Of a DNA stretch of 64,000 bases, positions 11,411 to 25,009 are shown piece after piece. The position numbers and the translations under genes are program-made. Numbering within the stretch: position 1 is the stretch's first letter; every line of letters starts with the position of its first letter. The stretch covers positions 146,072,001 through 146,136,000 of the forward strand of contig OZ024741.1 in the NCBI GenBank assembly GCA_964016885.1, written 5' to 3'. The notes below the pieces were generated by a model. That model worked only from the letters and a program-made list of their open reading frames with translations. It did not search any database and was not told the DNA's origin. The stretch comes from Eledone cirrhosa (Eukaryota).

Positions 11411-12246
11411 ATATATATATATATCCCAATATATTTTGTATATAGCTATCTATTATCAAGAAACTTCAGAACTTTTGAAGTATCGTAGAATACCATTAGT
11501 CTTGGCATAGTATATATGTATATATATAATATACACATACAGAGAGTCAGACTCAGTCACGCAAGTACAGAACAGGTAATGACATACTAACATATACAGA
11601 CACAAACCCATATAGAGAAAACTATATGTTTACACAAATATTATGTTAATCAATGCTATTTCAGTTTAGCTATCACATTATCGAACATTTTATATAATAT
11701 TTTCCAATGTAGTATAACAGGATAGTTGTGGAGAAGAAAGACAGACAAAACCTTCACTGTCTATAAGATATGTAAACATATGTAGCACGTTGTGTACATG
11801 CTAATAAAAGAAAAGAAGACAAGATAGCCATATGTATACAATAGAATTCCTCATGGCAAAATTCTTCAAGTTACTTGTGATATCTGTCAAATGTGGATGT
11901 TTTTGTGTAGGAGTGTGTGTTACTATATATAGGTGTGCTCATGCATCTTTGTGTGTGTTTGATAGTGTGTGAATTTGATTCTGTATATGTTTGGGTAGAT
12001 ATATATAAATATATGTATGTACACATGTGTATATATGTGTCTGCATGTGTGTGTGCCTCTCTTTACATGTGATGATGATGCATTTGTGTGTATGTATTTA
12101 TATGTTTAAGTGTTTTGCAATAGTCTGTCAAATATGTATATGTATTTGTCCAAATATATGGTTTTGTTTGAGTAAAAATGTGTGTGTTTGTCTATATATA
12201 TATTGAAGTTATTTGCAGTAATCTGTCTAGTATATGTTTTGTATGA

Positions 12247-12253
<7 letters not shown>

Positions 12254-12343
<90 letters not shown>

Positions 12344-12347
12344 TATA

Positions 12348-12408
<61 letters not shown>
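12254..12408. repeat. (AT)n microsatellite, interrupted
   Basis: Seen directly. It is one of many (AT)n tracts (e.g. 6477-6533, 24897-24956, 30450-30524, 37167-37259, 42757-42862). Confidence 0.97.
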
Positions 12409-12415
<7 letters not shown>

Positions 12416-13629
12416 AGAGTGTTCAACATATCTGTGATGTCAAATATTTTGCTATTCAATTTTTTCTATTTAGTTATTGGAGTTTTGTTTTTGCATTTTT
12501 CTTTTTATTTAGCTTTTTCTTCTTTAGCATTTTATTTCAGTCTTATATATTTTCTTTCATTTGTTCTGTACATATGTGTATATATACATATGTGTGTGTG
12601 TCTATATATGCATGGGTGTAGGTTTATGTATGAATGTCCCCTGTCTAGTTCATTATGTCTATATCTCAGGGATACTCACAGTACACTGTACATTGTAGAA
12701 TTAAAGTGCTGCCAATATGTTTGCAGAAGTAATCAATACATAATGCAAATATAGACAGATGAAATGACTTGCTGTTTAGAGGAACAACATGCTGGGAAGA
12801 TGTTAACAACTTCACAAATGGATAAAATGAAAAAAAGAAACCACAAAAATATCCACCAACATATATTGAAAATGTTACCCTAATATAGTTGACAGAATGA
12901 CAAAATTATCCAATGTGTCTTTTTCATTGATTTTTACTCTTTTCATTTTACTTGGCATTCATTGCAGACAATTTTTATATATTTTTAAAATCTGTTTTCC
13001 TTCTCATTAGTGAGAATGTGACAAAAACTTTCTATTAACAATTATGTTATTGATCAAACGTTTTAGATATAACTGGAATTGAAACTTTAGTTTGTATGAC
13101 TTGATTATATAGCATGGAATGAATCTCTATTGGTTTTAATGATAAATGTTCTAGTTGGTCGATTAAAGGAATGGCCTGCTTCTGAATTTAATCTGCAAGT
13201 GGCTTTGCATTCTACAGAGTCATATACTATTAACATAATTTTCAGAGGCATTCTGCATGAAAATGTGTGACAAGGATGGCCATTTGAATTACAGGTATAG
13301 TCCAGCTTGCAAGCTTCCAAACAGTTCCTATCTGCCTCAATTTCACTCATTTAGAAAATAATCCAGAATTTGGTGAGATTTGGTAATATAACTTTCTTAT
13401 TGGTGTTTGGAATATAAAGTACCTTAAATAAAATTACAGGTTTCCAGATATGTGTAAACAGTTTAAAATAAACATTTTTGTATCATGGAGCCAAATGGCC
13501 ATTTCAGAAGGCTGGTATCAAAAGGGATAAAGAAAAGAATACATATAATGACATAAACCTGATGAACTTTCTCATTATTAAGTTGGTGTTTAGAACATAA
13601 CATAACAAAAGCTTTTTCATAAGATTTTA

Positions 13630-13960
13630 GATAAATATAGTGTGCATGAATGACAGGGTGTGGATGAACTGAGAGAAAAGAGGAATCAAATGAAATTTGC
13701 AATAGAAAAGACTGTGTTCGTTTGGATATGTGATGCATATGGATGAGTAATGTTGGGTGAAAAGGTACTATGTGATACTAATCGAAGAAAACTGCAATGG
13801 GGGAAGATCTGGGAATGAGTAGTTAGAGCTAGTCACAAAATGCTGAACCTCACAAAGGATATAATGAAGGATTGCTGAAAGTGGAGGGTGGCTGTGTTGG
13901 AGATGATCTCTCCAGCCCATGCATGCGTGGAGAAACAGACATAAAATGATGATGATGATG
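13630..13960 (+). mobile_element. Decayed RTE-type LINE 3' fragment
   Basis: GATGAACTGAGAGAAAAG (DELREK) plus the terminus CCCATGCATGCGTGGAGAAACAGACATAAAATGATGATG. Confidence 0.55.
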
Positions 13961-15639
13961 GCAATGGTAATGATGATAATAATAATGATGATGATGATAA
14001 TAATAATAATAATAAACGCTTTAAAAATAAATCTTTGCATCAAACCAGGGGAGATTTTAGGCAGTCTGGTATCAAAAGGGTTTTGGTGAGCATTAATAGT
14101 TTCTAGTTTGGTTTACAGGAAAAGAATATAAGTGTTACATTGTAGATAAATGCTAACAATCTATATTGATTTGACATCAAACAAGAACTTTGAAATGAAA
14201 TATCAATAAAGCACATTTATTTATTCCTCAAATTTATTAGTCATTTCATCTTTAATATATAGGGAAATTTTGTCGGTTGAAGTTGGTAGATTAGAGAACA
14301 ATAAACCAAAGGGCTACTCTTCATGTTTTGCCACCAATGTTATATGGCCCAAAGCAATTAACTCTCAATGTCTATATCTAACGTAGTTAATTCTAACTGA
14401 TACAGTCTGTCTACCTCTATGTAGTTATTACAGATTGGAATAGCTGACCACTGTAAACAGTGTATGTATGGACCCTAACTCCTGATGGAGACATAGGAGT
14501 ACAAACATAGAGTTTCTGGCAACTTACTTCTCCCAAGCTATAGTAGAAGACATTTACCCGAGGTGTCACACAAAGAGCTATATGCCATGCAAATAATATG
14601 ACCGTCATACATTATTATTTACAGGAAAAAAGTTAGACATCATGCTGGATAAGGAATTCAAATTATGGGCATGTTCATCCAATTTCTAATTATATGAAGC
14701 TTTTAACAGTGATAAGACCTGAATATTTCATAATAAACTTTGAAAAGTTACGTTGAAGTAATTCTACTAGAGATGTGAACATAGTGAGCTATATAGAGAT
14801 AGTTGTAATCTTGTGTGACAAACTGAAATTATTATATTATTTCAATTCATGATTGAAGTTATTTTACTTATCTCATATGAATTGGAAAAAGGTATGGAAA
14901 TCCTTAATATCCAATTTCTAATCTCAAAACATAAGGTTTGAGGTTTTATTAGAAATAGAAGTAGTATTTTTTATACATATTTAATTCTTTCAATCCCATT
15001 GTTTCAATGAAAAAGACTGCCTCTGCTTTTCAAGTCATTCTAAATGTGATCAAGGATTTTGAGGAGTTTATTAATATAAGTAACTGTCTTATTATTTATC
15101 AGGTGCTTGGAGCATAACAAAACAAAGAAAGTTTTTTACATAAAATTATGAGGAAGGGTTTCAGATAAATATAAACACATTAAAACAATTAGTTCTGTCT
15201 CATGGAATCAGGAAAGGGAGGGGGGGTCATATGGTTATGGAAAAAAAAGGTGTAATGACTCATGCTTCTGTGCCTGTATTGAACATCAAATATATTAACA
15301 TACTTATAAATACCAGAATCCTTCTGTTTGGGGCTTTAGATATTACATATATATGTATTGAGACAATGCCATTCTTTAAGTTTAATATTGCAAATGCTCA
15401 CTTAACATTAGATACCATGCCATAGGAATGCAACTCCTGATGTGGCTGTAGGGGTGACATCTTCGGTTTTTAACCTGTAAGAGCTCATCCCACTCCATGT
15501 CTAAATACAACTGATTTCTTCCAGAGAAAAAGGTCAAAAGAGAAAGTGAGAAAGAGCCATAAAGGAAGAACTGATCCCAGTACTGGACTGGTACATCCCC
15601 AGGTGAAAGTATGTGACATAGAGATTAGAGATTAGGATG

Positions 15640-15930
15640 CAGGGTGCATGCTCAAAAGGTTGTGAGTTTGATTCCTTGATTAGGCAGCACATAATGCTCT
15701 TGAGCAAAAATACTTTATTTCACATTATTCCAATCTACTCAGATAGCAAAGGTTGGTTGTAGTTGTAATTTAAGGGGCCCTATTTGTCACACATTGCATC
15801 AAAGTGAATCTGTCTGAGAACTATGATAAAGGTGCACATATCTTTGATATGCTCAGTTATTTACACATTAATTTCAGGAGCAGGCAGCTCCATTGATAAT
15901 GAGTGCTCAACTAGAGCACTCATTATCAGG
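15640..15930 (+). mobile_element. SINE family B, longer body
   Basis: GGTTGTGAGTTTGATTCC (box B-like) and CTCTTGAGCAAAAATACTTTATTTCAC. The body TTGTCACA..TGAATCT..GAGAACTATG..AAAGGTGCACAT also appears at 53715-53880(+), 54650-54800(-) and 33505-33650(-). Confidence 0.55.
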
Positions 15931-17589
15931 AACAATGGAGATCCAACAACACTTTATCAACCCCAAAAGGATGAAAAGCAAAGTGGACCTTGATAGGATT
16001 TGAACTCAGAGAGAAGCGTACTAGAACAAATAGTGCAAAGTGCTCTGTCTGATATTTTAACAACAGAATGTCAGAACAAGTACTGCAAAGCATTCTGTCT
16101 GACATTCTAACAACTATCAAATTTGCTGCCTATTAACAATAAATACTTTCTTTTAACAAGGTTAGAGATTTCTCGTTAATCATTTATCAATAATTACCAT
16201 TAGGATAACAAAGGCTTATTCAACAAATGAAAAAAAAAACTCCCATGCAAATTATACCTGCCCAAATTAAATCATTGTTTCAGAAATATTATTATATGAA
16301 TAATTAATTTGTTATAAATCTATTTTTTTCAATCACTTAAAAATAATGTGTAGAATCTTTTTGTTTGCTTATAAATTTTTGTTCTATTTTTGATTTTGAA
16401 TTCTTGCTTCCAAAGTTCTGGCAATAACATGGATTAAGTTTCTCAAGGCCTTCAGCTAATCGCAATTCAAACTAAAAAGGTAAAAATTGAGAATTGATTT
16501 GTTGCTTTTTCAGGATGTTATATGACTAACCAAACTCTAATATATAATTCCCACTCTGTTGGTTGGTAAGTCTAATGCCACATTTAACAACATTTAGAGA
16601 AAGTGAAAAAATGAGTACATGGATTGAAAGAAGAATATACGTACTGAGTGCAGTGGCAATGAGAGGGATAGAGAGGTAAAGAACAATTAACAGGAATGCT
16701 CACATACATGCATACACACACCCACACATACACACATACACACACACACACATACACACACATATATATATAATCTGCTATATATATACAATCTTCTGAG
16801 TGTTTGTATGAAGTTACATTTTCTTTTTCTCTCTTTCTTTATTCCTTTTGACAAATGGTATAAACATATACGAATATATATATATATCCCTTTACTCAAA
16901 TTCTTTTTTTTTTCATTTTTCAAATCACTGCTTTCCTTAACACTATAATTATCATACTTTAGCATGAGCAACATTATGGATCATTTTTCCTTTTAGCTAA
17001 ATGCAGGCATAGCGAATTCAATTATTTTTATTCATTTTTCATATATTCATTTATATATGTTTTCATATATTTATACACTACTGTTACCTACAATAGGTAA
17101 ATGTATACTCAAATGTATACAATAGGTAAATGTATACTCAAAAAATGACCTGTCATATGTTGACATAGCATTCATTATAAACATCAATGATAGTATTATT
17201 TGTGATAGTAGAGATATGTGCAATACTACAGTCGTATATTGTTTGTTATGTTATTTATAATATAATGCAGTTTAACCAAGCTGAACTATAAATTATGGCA
17301 GTCAGAACATAATGCAATTAAGAAGTAAAGAATAAAAAAGAATGATTTAAAGAGTAGTATGAATGATAAGAGGCAGCAAATTGGCAGTCGTTAGAATGTC
17401 AAATAGAATGCTCTGAAGTATTTCATCTAGTTCTTTACACTCTGAATTGAAAGCCTGCCAAGGTCTACTTTGCTTATCCTCTTTTTGACTGATAAAAAAT
17501 ATACCATGCCAGTACTGGGTTCAATTCTGCCTCTATATCTCCTTCTCACTTCCTTTCTATGACTCTTTCTCTCTTTCTCTGGAAGAATT

Positions 17590-19603
17590 CCGCAGTCCTG
17601 GTTCGATCGGGATGCCCTGCAACAGCTCCAACTTCCTGAGTAATGGCTCGAGAGTCAGTACACACAGAATGGAGGAGAGAGGGCATCCCTGACGGATGGA
17701 ATGCATGGTTTGGAATGGCTCCGATAGGTAGCCATTCACCTTGACTGCTGAGCAGATCCTGGTGTGCATGGCAGCGATCCAGCCTCTGAAGATGGGACCA
17801 AAGCCGGCCGCCTTGAGAACTGCTTCCAAGTATTGATCGTCGACACTATCAAATACCTTAGACTGATCTAAATTGATCAGAGCCCTACTGAAGCCAGGTT
17901 TACACCCTACCCTCTCTATGATGTATCGTATGAGGTGGAGGTTGTTATGTATGGACCTGGTCGGGATTGCACACGTTTGCGCTTCCCCTACCATGTTCTC
18001 AACGACAAGCACCAGCCTTGTTGCTAACACCTTGGCCAAAATCTTTAATTCTGTGTTGAGCAGAGTTATGGGCCTGAAATTGCTTATCTAATCCCCCTTG
18101 TTCTCATCTTTCCTGATCAGTGTTACTACGCCTCTGCCTACACAACTGAGAATCCTCCCGTTCTGCTGCCAGTTGCAGTACACCGCTTCGAGGACGCCAG
18201 AGAACAAGTCTGGCATGCCTATGTAAACCTCATAGGGTAGACCATCTAAGCCGGGAGACTTGCGTTTCCCGCAGCGGCCTAGGGCATCTTTTATTTCGCC
18301 CGTTGTGATCGGTCTTTCGCAGCTCCCTGCATCCGTGCTTGAGAGTCGTGGTACGCCATTGAGGTAGGAACTGAAGTCCATCACCTCGCTCGACGTACCG
18401 CTTTGCCCAAACAGTTGTGCAAAATGCTGCTGGAAGGCCGTGCACATCTGCTTGGATTCAAGTAGAATGCAAAGACCGAATTGTGGATTTATGGCCACTT
18501 TTCACCTCTGCCACTCAGGCCCAGCTAACAGCTTTGACGCCCTCATTTCTTAGAGCACATGTTCTACTTCTGACAATACAACATTCGTGTTTCACGTTGA
18601 AGAACAGGTCTAGTGCCGTTCTCGCCGCTAGCTCGTCAGCTGTACTGCCATTCCTAAGTGCCTCTTCTACTTTAGCTACCAGTTCCTTTTCAGTTTTTTT
18701 TTTTTCTAAAGCTACTTCCTTGCTAAATGCTATCAATTCTATTCTAATTGCTCTCTTGAGAGTGCTCCACCACCTGTTGTTGACGATCGCCCCCGTCAAC
18801 TGGCACTTAACTAAGGTGCTAATCCGTTTACTGTAGGCCTTACGTGCCGGAAGCGACATGTTTAGCTTCCAGTATCTGGGTCCCTGTCTATGTGCTCTAT
18901 CAAGGTTGACTACACAGGTGACTAATTTGTGGTCTGAATAGGCAACCATGTGCATTTGTGGACAGCTTAATGTTTCCTTATCATTCTGTCTAATTAAAAA
19001 TCTATCTAAATACGATCTAGAAGACCCAGTGCGGTTGCTCAACGTCCTCAGTGGTACACTTGGGAAGTCTAGTCGATATCTATCAGCCAGTTGGAATGGC
19101 TGATGAGATTTTTGAGGCTATTACATCCCCCTCTATTATCACAAGCACCTACATAGTCCCAACATGCGTCTAAGATGCCATTCCAGTCCCCCACTAAGTA
19201 GAGCGAAACGTTCTCAGGAATGGCTACAGACGCTGAAGAACTCTGGTCGCGATGTCCCAGTCGGTCATATGCGGCCATCAGTCTGAAAGCTCCACCTTCA
19301 CTACCATTCACGTCCAGGACAAACAGGCTGCCCTCCGGGTCCAAGTAAATCATCTGTACTTTGAGATCCAAGTTTTTTCGAAACAGAACAGCAACTCCCC
19401 CCTCCACCTCCTGGCTAACAGAGAGATGCGTAGATCTCAAAATTATCAAACATGGGGGTTAGCTGCTGCTTGTTGTGAATCCTGGACTCAGTGATGGCTA
19501 TCACATCTATACAATGTGACCTGAGATCATTTAAAAGCTGGCCCTGTTTCCAGGGCATGCCCAGGCCACGTACATTCAAACATCCAATTTGCATAGTTGC
19601 CAT
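17590..19603 (-). mobile_element. Tx1/L1-type LINE ORF2 fragment (apurinic endonuclease, linker, RT domains 0-4); pseudogenised
   Basis: APE motifs IGCLNVRGL, VIAITES, GGVAVL, LVGDWNGIL, SYLDRFLI, SDHKLV and YWKLN. RT motifs KSPGLDGLPYEVY, RPITLLN..KILAKVLATRL, LDQSKVFDSV and RQGCPLS..L.LEPLL. Several stops and frameshifts. Confidence 0.92.
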
Positions 19604-19752
19604 GTTACTAAGATAAGTAACTTAACATGATTCTTACATAACATTATGCTGGGAGATTTTAATTTAAATAGGAACTCTTTTAAATGGGTGGTTTTGTTTC
19701 ATAGAACCAGTGCCAGTTTTAGATGGATTGGTCTCAAAAGTTTGATCAGCAC

Positions 19753-19897
19753 CAGACGCCATGCTTTGCAACATAGAGTTATGGCTCTTTACCTTCTGAG
19801 TTCAAGTCCTGCCAAGGTTAACCTTGTCTTTCACCCTTACGGGGTCGATAAAATAAAGCACTGGGGTAATTGCTGGCATTGTGCCAAAAGTATAAAC
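19753..19897 (+). mobile_element. SINE family A
   Basis: CAGACGCCATGCTTTGC..GAGTTCAAGTCC..CCTTACGGGGTCGATAAAATAAAG..GTGCCAAAAGTA. Confidence 0.82.
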
Positions 19898-20326
19898 AGT
19901 TATCTTTGCAAACGTTTTACTATGAAAAATCATCAGATTGAAACTTAAATTTAATAAAGAGCCATAACTGGTGATTGAATCGTTGCATTTCTCATTCTTA
20001 CTGAAGTCTTCGATTAAACACAATAAATATAGAAAAAAATCCAAATATCATTAAGAAAAAATTAACAATTATTATCATCTTCATCATTATCTTCATCATT
20101 TTGCATGATGTAAAAATACATCGTTTATAGTCAAATTTGCACGAAACGTACAAACCAAGGATTTCTGTAAAAGATCCAGTTATAACCTTGACTACAAATA
20201 AATTATTTATTTAGTGTGTCATGATGAAGATCGTGGCATTGAAGATAAGAACTGCTGATGAAAAGAAAAAAAACATTTTACTTTCCTTAATTTGTTTCAC
20301 ATAAATATACTTCACTATAATCCCAG

Positions 20327-20429
20327 AATCCCGCCGAGGTTGACTTTGCCTTTCATCCTTACGGGGTCGATAAAATAAAGTACCAGTAATGCACTGGGTA
20401 ATTCTGGCCTTGTGCCTAAAGTAGAAACA
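20327..20429 (+). mobile_element. 5'-truncated SINE family A with target-site duplication
   Basis: Carries the core motif. The direct repeat ACTATAATCCCAGAAT lies at 20314-20329 and 20430-20445. Confidence 0.9.
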
Positions 20430-20578
20430 ACTATAATCCCAGAATTATTCTTTTTAAATGCAAAGGAGTATATGTTTCCCCTTATTGACATCTATTTTAT
20501 GTTTTATTGAGGGAACTCAGACATAGTCAAACAACCTGCTGGAGAAGGCAGCCAAATCCAGAAATGCATGCTACTTTC

Positions 20579-20820
20579 TTAACCCTTTCATTACCACATT
20601 TCTTATATTGCCAGTATATTTTCAATGATTTTGAAAATAATCAGAAGTTTGGAGGAATTTAATAAAATAAAGTTTTTCATTAGTAAACTGATATTTAGAA
20701 TATTACTCTAAAATAAAATTACAATTGAAGGTTTTAATACAAGGATAAATATTTCAAAATGAGCAGTTTTGTTTCATATATTGAAAGTAGATTCAGGTAG
20801 TTTGATATCAAAAGAGTTAA
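20579..20820. mobile_element. TTAA-bounded MITE (piggyBac-like ends), about 240 bp
   Basis: TTAA-CCCTTTCATTACCA ... TGATATCAAAAGAG-TTAA, an imperfect TIR. The internal sequence recurs at 35398-35636, 61720-62120 and about 3950-4203 (reverse). Confidence 0.6.
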
Positions 20821-23800
20821 AGGAAGAAATGCAACATGAATCCTGAATCACTATTTTTTTATCTACACAATCAGAATTGACATGGGTCTAAATAACAACT
20901 ATTTTTTGTTATTTAATCTATATTATAATTCTGCTTGTTTGTTCATTTGCCCATTACTTTTATGTTAGTTAGAGAGAAGGGGTAGAGAGAGGGCGTATGT
21001 GGATTGAGAGTGAGGTGAAGTGATAGTGAGAGGCAGGAAGGGGGAGGGGAATATATATACACATACACATATGTATATATATATATACAAACACATATAT
21101 GGTTTGACCTGGCTTAAAAAAGTGGTAATTCTAAGAGTATAGATGTCAACATCCACATGTTTGTTGAAAAAAATGTCATATGTGTGTGTTTCTGTCTTTG
21201 TGTGTGTGTGAGAGACATGTTTTTATATTCTCTGTACCATTTTGTGTACATTAATTGTATATAATGTAAAGTAATTATAATAAAATATTGTGTAACAAGG
21301 GATATGCAATTATTAACCCATGCTAGCATGGAAAATGGACGTTAAACGAAGATGATGATGATGATGATGATGATGATATTGGCCCTACAGTTTCAATAGA
21401 ATTAAATTCTAATGAGTGATATGTGTATTAAGTATTGTATGGATTGTTATTGTATATTTTTGTATAATTTATTGCATTTGTATTATTTTGCAACAAAAAT
21501 GCAAATAACCCTTTCTTTCTTAAATAGCTCCTTTTAATCTTTTTTATTCAGTGAAATTTCAATAGGTCCCATTAGTTTATGATTAAACTATAATTGTTTA
21601 AAAAACATATCTACACATTGAATGCTGATATTAACATTTGATAAATGAGATATTGCAGTTATTCATTATATTTATCCATAAATATATATAAATGTACATT
21701 TAAAATAATGTTTGTAGTATTTAGTGTAGTGACAACTTGTTATAGAGTGCAGAAAATCTTATTTGACAAATTGTATCGTTACAGGAAACTGTAGATTGAC
21801 TTCCAAAAGAATTTCTAAGACAGATTTTTATTGTATTTCCTCATTAGTGAATAATGATAAAGCTGTAAGATAAATCAGCCAATATTTATAAAGTAAATCA
21901 ATGTAGTAGGATAGTAGATTTGGAGATGACAGAGATGCTGCTCACGAGCTTAACAGATGTCACGAAAAACAAATTTACGTTAGAATGTAGTTGAATAAAT
22001 GAGCATAAATATTTGCCAAGAATTCTTAGAGATGCCAGCAAGAATCCTAATAAAATTGTATACAAACTGAATGATCTTTATTTTTGTATTAAGAGAAAAA
22101 ATAAGTAATAGAACAGAGCTGTGTAGTAATTTCGATGTTTATTATGTTATTGTGTGGAGTACAGTTGCAAAATATTGGGCAGGTGTAAAAATGGATATTT
22201 ACTTAGTCTACTGCACAATGGTACTTTGAGTTCAAATTCTATGAAAATCGATTTAGTTTTAATTATTTTTTATCATCTTTGGCTGAATTATTAAAGCAAT
22301 TGTACACTGATATACAAGAATTGTTTTGAACGGTAGGCTGGCCTCCTCTCCTCACAAACTGTATATAATAATCAAAAAAGAAATATACAAAAACTATTAA
22401 TCGCTGTTTGCTTATTTTTAAATAGAACTGTAAATATTTGATGTTAGGAAGATCATCCAGCCATAGAATATATGCCAAAAAGCAGTTGAGAGGACTTTTC
22501 AGTCACATCAATGACATGGCAACCTCACTAGCACTGAAGCCATGATAAACTGCACCTGATACACACTGTAAAGTAGTTGATTTTAGAAAGAGAATGCATC
22601 TATACAAACTATGCTTAAAACTAGAATGTATGTAAATGAAACATAATTCCACAGACCATCTACAAAGACAAAACCTCTAGTTAAGTATTGATTGGTCTGT
22701 GACAACCCACATATCTACCCCATGACTGTAGGAAAAAACTGCTCTAAGATGATGATGGTGATATGCTAGGAACATGATGTGTATGAACTGAGCATGTAAG
22801 AACCACTCAGTCGTTATAACATTCAGAATTTGCAAATGAATTACTAGTGATATCTGAAGAATCTTGATGTTCTTTACTCCATTAGTGATGTTTTCAAAGT
22901 AAGTCATTGTACAACCCCTGCCCCATGTAATCACCTATCCAACCCATGCCAGCATAAAAAAGTGGATGCAAAATGATGATAATAATGAAATGGTCAACAG
23001 GTTTTGTCACACTTCTGTGAAATGCTCACTGACATGACTCCAAACTCGTTTTACATAATGGTCAACATCATTCCTCATCATCATCACCATCACCATCACC
23101 ATCATCGTCATTTTATGTTTATTTTCCATACTAGCATGAGTTTTATGGGTTATGACAGTCACAAGATATGTTACTTATATGTTCCATTTTTTGGCATGGT
23201 TTCTATGATTGGATGCCTTTCCTAATGCCGACCACTTTCAATAGATTTTGAGTGTCTTTAAATGTTTAAAATAACTCTCCCAGATGTTTAATTGTTTCAG
23301 TTTTAGATAGAGTCAATTACCAAACAAGTATAACTCCTGAAGTATAACATCCTCTAAATGATTCAAAGGAAAACGCCATTTTGAAGTACTGCTGATATTG
23401 TGCTACTGCTACACACACAAATATAATAAATTTGATATCTAAAAAAATATGTTACTTAGCATTTTGAAAAAACTTCTCTCACTAACATAATTCAACCAGT
23501 AGCTTACAGATGTGTTGTTCCTCACACCCTTTGTCAATTTTACAACCAATAAAATAACTTCTGCTATTCTGAAGAAGCTAACTTCATATACTCTTTATCC
23601 CTATTCTATCCATCTCTCTCTTTCCCCTTTGATATTTACTGTCTCACCTAGTAGTGGAAATGGATTTAAGGAACTACAGGTATGCTAAGGTTAGTGGGGC
23701 TGAGGTTGGATCCTATAAGCTCACCCCACCCTCTTCTCCAAAACTGGAAAATAAGTGAATACTGTTCTTCTACTCTACATACTCACTCCACCCACCATTC

Positions 23801-24719
23801 CCATCACTCATTACACCTCCCAATATTTGCTGACTAACCTTTTCTTGCAGACACTCACCTAAAGATAGTCAAACAGAAAAACCACTTGCAATCAATCTTA
23901 CCAATTCTGGAAGATCTGTAGAATGACATTGCTAAAGGTGAAGAGGGAAGAGGTAGAAATGAAAACTATGGTCTTGGTAAGAGGTGATGATAATACAAAA
24001 TGGAGAAGCTTGTCATGGCCCCACAAAATGCTTACTGTTATTATTGTATTGTTCTAGAATTCATGGGTACTGCTCTTCTTCCTTTTTATGTAAATATATA
24101 TATAGAAAATAAAAGCCTAGCTATATTCTGAAGTCATTGCTATTATTTCAACTGCATAAATTTATTCCTAAGAGAAAGAAAAATGTCCATAAATATTGAA
24201 ATGCTGTCAGTTCTAATTCCATCCTACATTTTTTCTGCAGGTGCCCATTTGGGTTGCTTCTTCTTCCAAAGCAGAAATAACTTCATTAAAATGTCCACAT
24301 CTACACTGATTCTGTTTAATAATATGATATTCAACAGAGAACTAAATATCATGTGATAAAAAAATAAGAAAAATAAGGTTGAATAACATTTAAAAGAATG
24401 AAAAAAGGAAAAACTCTGAAATATGAATGATTCATCATAAATTTCGAATTGCAAATTACAAAATAAATAAATAGATAAATAAAAGAGAACCTGAGTTGAA
24501 GAAAAGGCACACATTCATATATACATATGTTAATATGCATACAGATGAAATTTATAAGTAACTCTCATCCTTAATGATATAAAATATAGGTATTTAACTC
24601 TACAGTTCATATAATTCTAAATCCAATGTTTTACCAATGTATAATGCATATACCTATATATGATACACTTCTACAACTTGACTATAAATATATATGTGTG
24701 TGTGTGTGTGTGTGTATGT

Positions 24720-25006
<287 letters not shown>

Positions 25007-25009
25007 ATC

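Noticed and set aside
12106-12754. Long ORFs rich in YI/CV repeats (also near 2640-3047, 28445-28764, 37080-37446, 44261-44762)
   Set aside because: They are translations of (AT)n/(GT)n microsatellites, which lack stop codons. There is no coding evidence.
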